The notes under the pieces were generated by a model that saw nothing but the letters and a program-made list of their open reading frames with translations, made no database searches and was not told the DNA's origin. The position numbers were made by a program, and so were the translations under genes. Shown here piece by piece: positions 8,751 to 11,874 of a stretch of 11,874 nucleotides of DNA. Positions within the stretch are counted from its first letter, which is position 1; each line of letters starts with the position of its first letter. Location: the NCBI GenBank assembly GCA_046583355.1, contig JAYGCM010000081.1:1-11874 (forward strand), in the 5' to 3' direction. This DNA comes from Deltaproteobacteria bacterium. GTDB lineage: Bacteria; Desulfobacterota; Binatia; UBA12015.

Positions 8751-9422
8751 CTACGGTAGAACCTGCCAGGTACTCTCGCCGCGATGGTTGTAAACCGTGG
8801 CGAGGCCGCCCGAGTCAACGATAAGATTTGCCTCCAGGACGTAGGAGTCGTAGGTCCATCCTACCGGCCATTGCCGGTCCGCGAACGCGTCGGCGGACTG
8901 AATGTCCAAGCCGGCCAGGAAGAGGTCGTCGATCACCGCGAACAAACCGAAGACGCGGCCGCGCGTATCGGTGAGGGTATGGAGCCGATTGCATGCCGGG
9001 AACGTGAAGACGGTGGAGCGCCGAACTGCAGCGACGGGTACGCCGGTGTCGAACTCGATGCCGTCTACCGTGGCGATGAGAGTCCACTCGGGGCCCGGGA
9101 TCTCCTCGATGAAGTCCACGTGGGAAGGAACGCCGTCCAAGGTGAAGAGCGTAATCGAGTTCTCGGCCGAAAGAATTCGGTTGGGGGTGTTCTTCTCCCA
9201 GCCTTCGGGTGTCACGATCGCGTCGAATTGCTCGCGCGTGCACTCCTGCTGGCAGGAGTAGACGATGCGCGTAAACGGGGTCGGGACGCGGCGCATCTCC
9301 ATATTGAGCGGATAGGTAGACGGATCCAGGGGCTCACAAGCCCCGCTATCGCTGGAGGGATTCGCGCTGCCGCCACACCCGACCAATACGGCGAGGACCA
9401 GGATCATCGTATGCGTTCTCAT
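8751..9422 (-). CDS. Hypothetical lipoprotein
   Basis: MRTHTMILVLAVLVG-C: hydrophobic stretch plus lipobox LVGC, followed by a Ser/Gly-rich linker and a beta-rich domain. No function recognised. Confidence 0.75.
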   Translation of the reverse strand: MRTHTMILVLAVLVGCGGSANPSSDSGACEPLDPSTYPLNMEMRRVPTPFTRIVYSCQQECTREQFDAIVTPEGWEKNTPNRILSAENSITLFTLDGVPSHVDFIEEIPGPEWTLIATVDGIEFDTGVPVAAVRRSTVFTFPACNRLHTLTDTRGRVFGLFAVIDDLFLAGLDIQSADAFADRQWPVGWTYDSYVLEANLIVDSGGLATVYNHRGESTWQVLP

Positions 9423-9429
9423 GCGGAGC

Positions 9430-9459
9430 ACATTACACGACTGAGAATTCGACTTGCAA
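9430..9459 (-). promoter_or_regulatory. Putative sigma70-type promoter for the lipoprotein gene
   Basis: On the minus strand: TTGCAA (9459-9454), 18 nt, TAATGT (9435-9430), then 7 nt to ATG 9422. Confidence 0.45.
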
Positions 9460-9475
9460 TACTTTCCGGAGAAGC

Positions 9476-9503
9476 AGGGAAAAGACCTGGAACCCTCCCT
9501 TGC
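9476..9503 (+). repeat. Dispersed intergenic repeat, copy 2
   Basis: AGGGA-AAAGACCTGGAACCC-TCCCT-TGC. The core 9481-9503 matches copy 4 at 19/23. Confidence 0.6.
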
Positions 9504-9551
9504 GCTACAATGCCGGTGCGGATCAACCGATTAGCCAGCCGCGGGCAAACG

Positions 9552-10310
9552 CTAATCGAGATGTGTCTGCATCGCGGCCAGAACAACTTCGGGGCCGGAG
9601 CGCCGCTGGTAGTTCTCGGCGAGGTCCATCCAGAGAACCTTCCCGTCGCGATCGACCAGGATCGATGCGGGCACCGGCAGGGCCTCCTGTTCGTCTCCGG
9701 GCGGCGCCGTGTGGACCAATGTGTTGCGGAGTCCAAAGGCGTCGGTGACCTTCAACTCAGTATCCGACAGCATGATCGCTTGCAGGCCGTGCGCATCGCG
9801 TCCGTTCCGCAACTCCTCGACCGAGTCTGTACTGACCGTAACAACCTGGATGTCGCGCTTATCGAACTCGGACCGAAGCATTTCGAGTCGCCGCAACTCG
9901 GCGACACAATACGGTCACCAATGCGCCCGAAAGAACTTGATGAATACGAGCTGGTCCTGAAGACTCTCCGACTCGAACCACTCCCCGAACTCGTCAAGCG
10001 CCCTGAACTGGGGAATCGTATCACCGACCTGAATGACGCCCGGCGCCACCTCTTGTCGGCTGACAGCCATGGTGAAGGGCAGAAAGATACCGATCAAGAT
10101 CGCGAATACCGCGGCCAACCCGCCGTACCATCTGGTCCCCCGCACGAAGGCTCCAACACCGAGCACCACGGCCAAGAGGAAGCCGAGCACGAATAAGGTT
10201 CGGTCTTCCGCAATACCGACCTGACGGTTCATATAGAACCATCCCACGAACAACCCCACAGCAACGCCGAGCGCCGCGAGGCCGAGCTTCGTTCCGGGCT
10301 TCTTCGTCAT
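9552..10310 (-). CDS. Membrane-anchored peroxiredoxin-like (AhpC/TSA/redoxin, thioredoxin fold) selenoprotein, 252 aa, Sec at residue 132
   Basis: Two track ORFs are in the same frame and separated only by TGA at 9917-9915. Read-through gives VGDTIPQFRALD...LVFIKFFRAHW-U-PYCVAELRRL...VVTVSTD...MLSDTELKVTDAFGL...PASILVDRDGKV, a continuous redoxin fold with UxxC at the CxxC site. Three hydrophobic segments at the N-terminus. Confidence 0.88.
9884..9905 (-). promoter_or_regulatory. Putative bacterial SECIS element
   Basis: mRNA after the UGA reads CCGUAUUGUGUCGCCGAGUUGCGGCGACUCG. It can fold as CGAGUU/GACUCG with loop GCGGC starting 20 nt after the UGA, or as GUCGCC/GGCGAC with loop GAGUUGC. 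Both loops start with G. Confidence 0.65.
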
Positions 10311-10359
10311 TCCACTCGGAGTTCTACTCTCACCAGCGCGCGGGTTCAACGCCCCTGAG

Positions 10360-10658
10360 GGGGGACGTTCCTTGCCTCGCGTCGATTTCCTTACCTCATG
10401 TCGCGTACCCAGACCTGAAGACCCGGCGCGGAGGCTACTCACCGCGCATCAAATTCCGTAGCCCGCATACCGGCGGCGCCTCTTGGATGCCGACGCCTTC
10501 ATTGCCGTGCTCCGGGCGGTTCGCGATTACGGTGTGCGTCAGGCCGAAATGGCACGCCATCTCGGCATCAGCGAAGCCCGGACTTCCCGCTACTTGGCCG
10601 GGAGAACCAGCGGCAGGTCGCGAGGTAAGGCATCGGGGTGAAGTAAGAAACGTCCCCC
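10360..10658. mobile_element. Inverted-repeat-bounded ~300 bp remnant (MITE / RAYT-REP-like)
   Basis: GGGGGACGTTCCTTGCCTC (10360-10378) matches the reverse complement of 10640-10658 (GGGGGACGTTTCTTACTTC) at 16/19. It encloses an HTH fragment whose stop overlaps the right repeat. No target-site duplication seen. Confidence 0.5.
10483..10641 (+). pseudogene. Helix-turn-helix fragment (52 aa), possibly the C-terminal HTH of a REP-associated tyrosine transposase
   Basis: Manual translation LDADAFIAVLRAVRDYGVRQAEMARHLGISEARTSRYLAGRTSGRSRGKASG* contains a classic Q-x-E-x-A-x-x-L-G-I-S HTH. In-frame TAG at 10459 upstream and only a TTG start. Confidence 0.55.
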
Positions 10659-10666
10659 GGTGCCCT

Positions 10667-10696
10667 CTCGGGAAATGACCTGAAACTCTCGGGCGC
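10667..10696 (+). repeat. Dispersed intergenic repeat, copy 3
   Basis: CTCGGGA-AATGACCTGAAAC-TCTCGGG-CGC. The core 10674-10696 matches copy 4 at 18/23. Confidence 0.55.
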
Positions 10697-10824
10697 CCGA
10701 AAGGCCAAGGCGGTTTGAGGCCGCAAGCTGAGGTTCCCGATACGATGCCCGGCCAGGCTGGCTTGGGGGCGCGTCGCAATGCGCTGGCAGATCACCGGGA
10801 AACCGGCTCTAACCGGCTGCACCT

Positions 10825-11319
10825 ATGCTCAAACGAATCTTGAAGTGGCTGGCGATCGGAATCGGACTCGTCGCCGGAACGGTTTTCGTACTGGACACTT
10901 TTGGAGGCCATTTCCTCGACGGGCCCCTCGGGCCGATACCCGGCGGACGAATGGTTGGCGCGGTCGACCCGACCACCAATCCCGACTGGAACGGCACCGA
11001 AGATGTGATCGAGATCGAAATCCGGCCGGACCAGCCATGGTCGCTGAGCGTCTGGCGCGCGGTGGTAGACGGAGACCTCTATATTCCGTCGGGCAACGGT
11101 GCGGAACGCCGCTGGACACCCATCGCGGTGGCCGACCCCCGTGTGCGTATTCGCACCCAAGGCCGCATCTACGAGGGTTGTCTCGAAAGAATCGAGGACA
11201 GCGAAACGCGGCTTCCCGTCCTACAAACCCTCGTTGCCAACTACGATCTCGATGCCACCGGGGGAGACGACGGTTCGGTCTGGCTCTTCCGCGTGACCGA
11301 GCGTGCCCGCTGCGAGTAA
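10825..11319 (+). CDS. Hypothetical protein with N-terminal membrane anchor, DUF2255-like / split beta-barrel-like
   Basis: Hydrophobic N-terminus, then GPLGPIPGG, WSLSVWRAVVDGDLYI, RWTPIAVADPRVRIR and VWLFRV, recalling DUF2255 / pyridoxamine-oxidase-like barrels (recognised from memory). Confidence 0.65.
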   Translation: MLKRILKWLAIGIGLVAGTVFVLDTFGGHFLDGPLGPIPGGRMVGAVDPTTNPDWNGTEDVIEIEIRPDQPWSLSVWRAVVDGDLYIPSGNGAERRWTPIAVADPRVRIRTQGRIYEGCLERIEDSETRLPVLQTLVANYDLDATGGDDGSVWLFRVTERARCE

Positions 11320-11363
11320 TCCCCGCCTCGAGACAGCCCTCAGCCGCTGGCAGGCGGGCTAGC

Positions 11364-11392
11364 CCGGCGAATGACCTGGAGCCCTCCGGTGC
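11364..11392 (+). repeat. Dispersed intergenic repeat, copy 4
   Basis: CCGGCG-AATGACCTGGAGCCCTCCGGTGC, core at 11370-11392. Confidence 0.65.
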
Positions 11393-11474
11393 GAACGCGA
11401 TGCGCCGAGATAGCAGCACCGCAAAACGTTCCATCAAATCGGTCAGGGCCAGAAAGACACGACTCCAGAACGCA

Positions 11475-11506
11475 GAAACGCCCCCGATGAATATCGGGGG
11501 CGTTTC
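11475..11506 (-). terminator. Rho-independent terminator (possibly bidirectional) just 3' of the tRNA-Lys fragment
   Basis: Perfect 14 bp inverted repeat GAAACGCCCCCGAT-gaat-ATCGGGGGCGTTTC. On the minus strand the GC stem runs into TTTCTGCGTT. Confidence 0.85.
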
Positions 11507-11510
11507 CAAG

Positions 11511-11553
11511 TGGGCCGCGCCGGGATCGAACCGGCGACCCACTGATTAAGAGT
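11511..11553 (-). tRNA. 3' half of tRNA-Lys(CTT) only; probable att junction of an integrated element
   Basis: Minus strand reads A-CTCTTAA-TCAGT-GGGTC-GCCGG-TTCGATC-CCGGC-GCGGCCC-A: anticodon loop, 3' anticodon stem, variable loop, T-arm, 3' acceptor strand and discriminator. The sequence 5' of the loop (TACAA) cannot form the anticodon stem with TCAGT, and no D-arm or 5' acceptor strand is present in the window. Confidence 0.85.
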
Positions 11554-11874
11554 TGTAGGACGACCCGGACTCCGTAGTACGTGGTGGCGCTCGGTGCGTG
11601 TAAAGACTCGGATTCCTGCGCCTCGCTCTCCGCTTCTCGCTCACCGAATACCACCACGTGAGACCTGGACCCGGTACAAAAACCGGCACACGCAAGACGC
11701 GACAACGACGCCCCGTCGGCACCGCCTCAACCGAACCGCGAGCCCCCGTGAACGCCCCGCACAACGCAACCTCGCGCACCCACGGGCGACGCCTGCGCTC
11801 CCCCTCCCCCGGACCATCACCATCACCCCCCGAATGCGGAGATTGTACGGGACCCGTATGCCCTTGGAGCGCTG
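11554..11874. mobile_element. Probable terminal segment of an integrative element inserted in tRNA-Lys, extending beyond the window
   Basis: Lies directly beyond the point where tRNA identity stops. No convincing CDS. Contains an imperfect 18 bp inverted repeat. The integrase is not visible. Confidence 0.5.

Noticed and set aside
8784..10196. 470-aa plus-strand ORF and other long antisense ORFs (124..666, 1056..2207, 2899..3729, 5637..6350, 10779..11549)
   Set aside because: These are shadow frames of well-supported genes in GC-rich DNA, with no recognisable motifs.
9552..10442. Two separate genes (9915..10442 and 9552..9896) or a nonsense pseudogene
   Set aside because: The stop is a TGA exactly at the redox-active position, the frame is continuous, a SECIS-like stem follows and no other lesion is seen. 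Sec recoding is more parsimonious.
10682..10705. Glycine riboswitch-like words (GAAACTCTCGGG, CGCCCGAAAGG)
   Set aside because: The words are in the wrong order, there is no GGAGA element, and there is no glycine-related downstream gene.
8207..11392. CRISPR array or classical integron attC array as the explanation for the four repeats
   Set aside because: Spacing is 0.7-1.3 kb with whole genes between copies, genes point both ways, there are no consistent RYYYAAC...GTTRRRY ends, and no cas or intI gene is in the window.
11511..11590. Complete functional tRNA-Lys
   Set aside because: No pairing 5' anticodon strand, D-arm or 5' acceptor strand (GGGCCGY) is present anywhere to the window end.

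Overview
GC-rich bacterial window in two parts. Left (1-8164): a redox and lipid/steroid-type metabolic cluster with three SDRs, a 3-ketosteroid-dehydrogenase-like flavoprotein, a tandem EthD protein, a GreA/GreB-family protein, an LLM-class F420-type oxidoreductase, a Ddn-family deazaflavin reductase and a phytanoyl-CoA-dioxygenase-family enzyme with a possible SCP2-like N-terminus. Right (8165-11874): a mosaic of unrelated accessory genes (SLOG/MoCo-carrier-like protein, lipoprotein, membrane-anchored peroxiredoxin-like protein, DUF2255-like protein). It ends at a terminator and the 3' half of a tRNA-Lys(CTT), probably the att junction of an element continuing to the right. Main points: (1) ORFs 9915..10442 and 9552..9896 are one gene with an in-frame TGA in a W-U-P-Y-C motif followed by a SECIS-like hairpin, i.e. 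a membrane-anchored selenoprotein; (2) a degenerate ~23-29 bp motif (AAWGACCTGRARCYCTC) recurs in the same orientation in four intergenic spacers of the right half; (3) an inverted-repeat-bounded ~300 bp remnant encodes an orphan HTH. All family calls are from motif recognition by eye, with no database searches.
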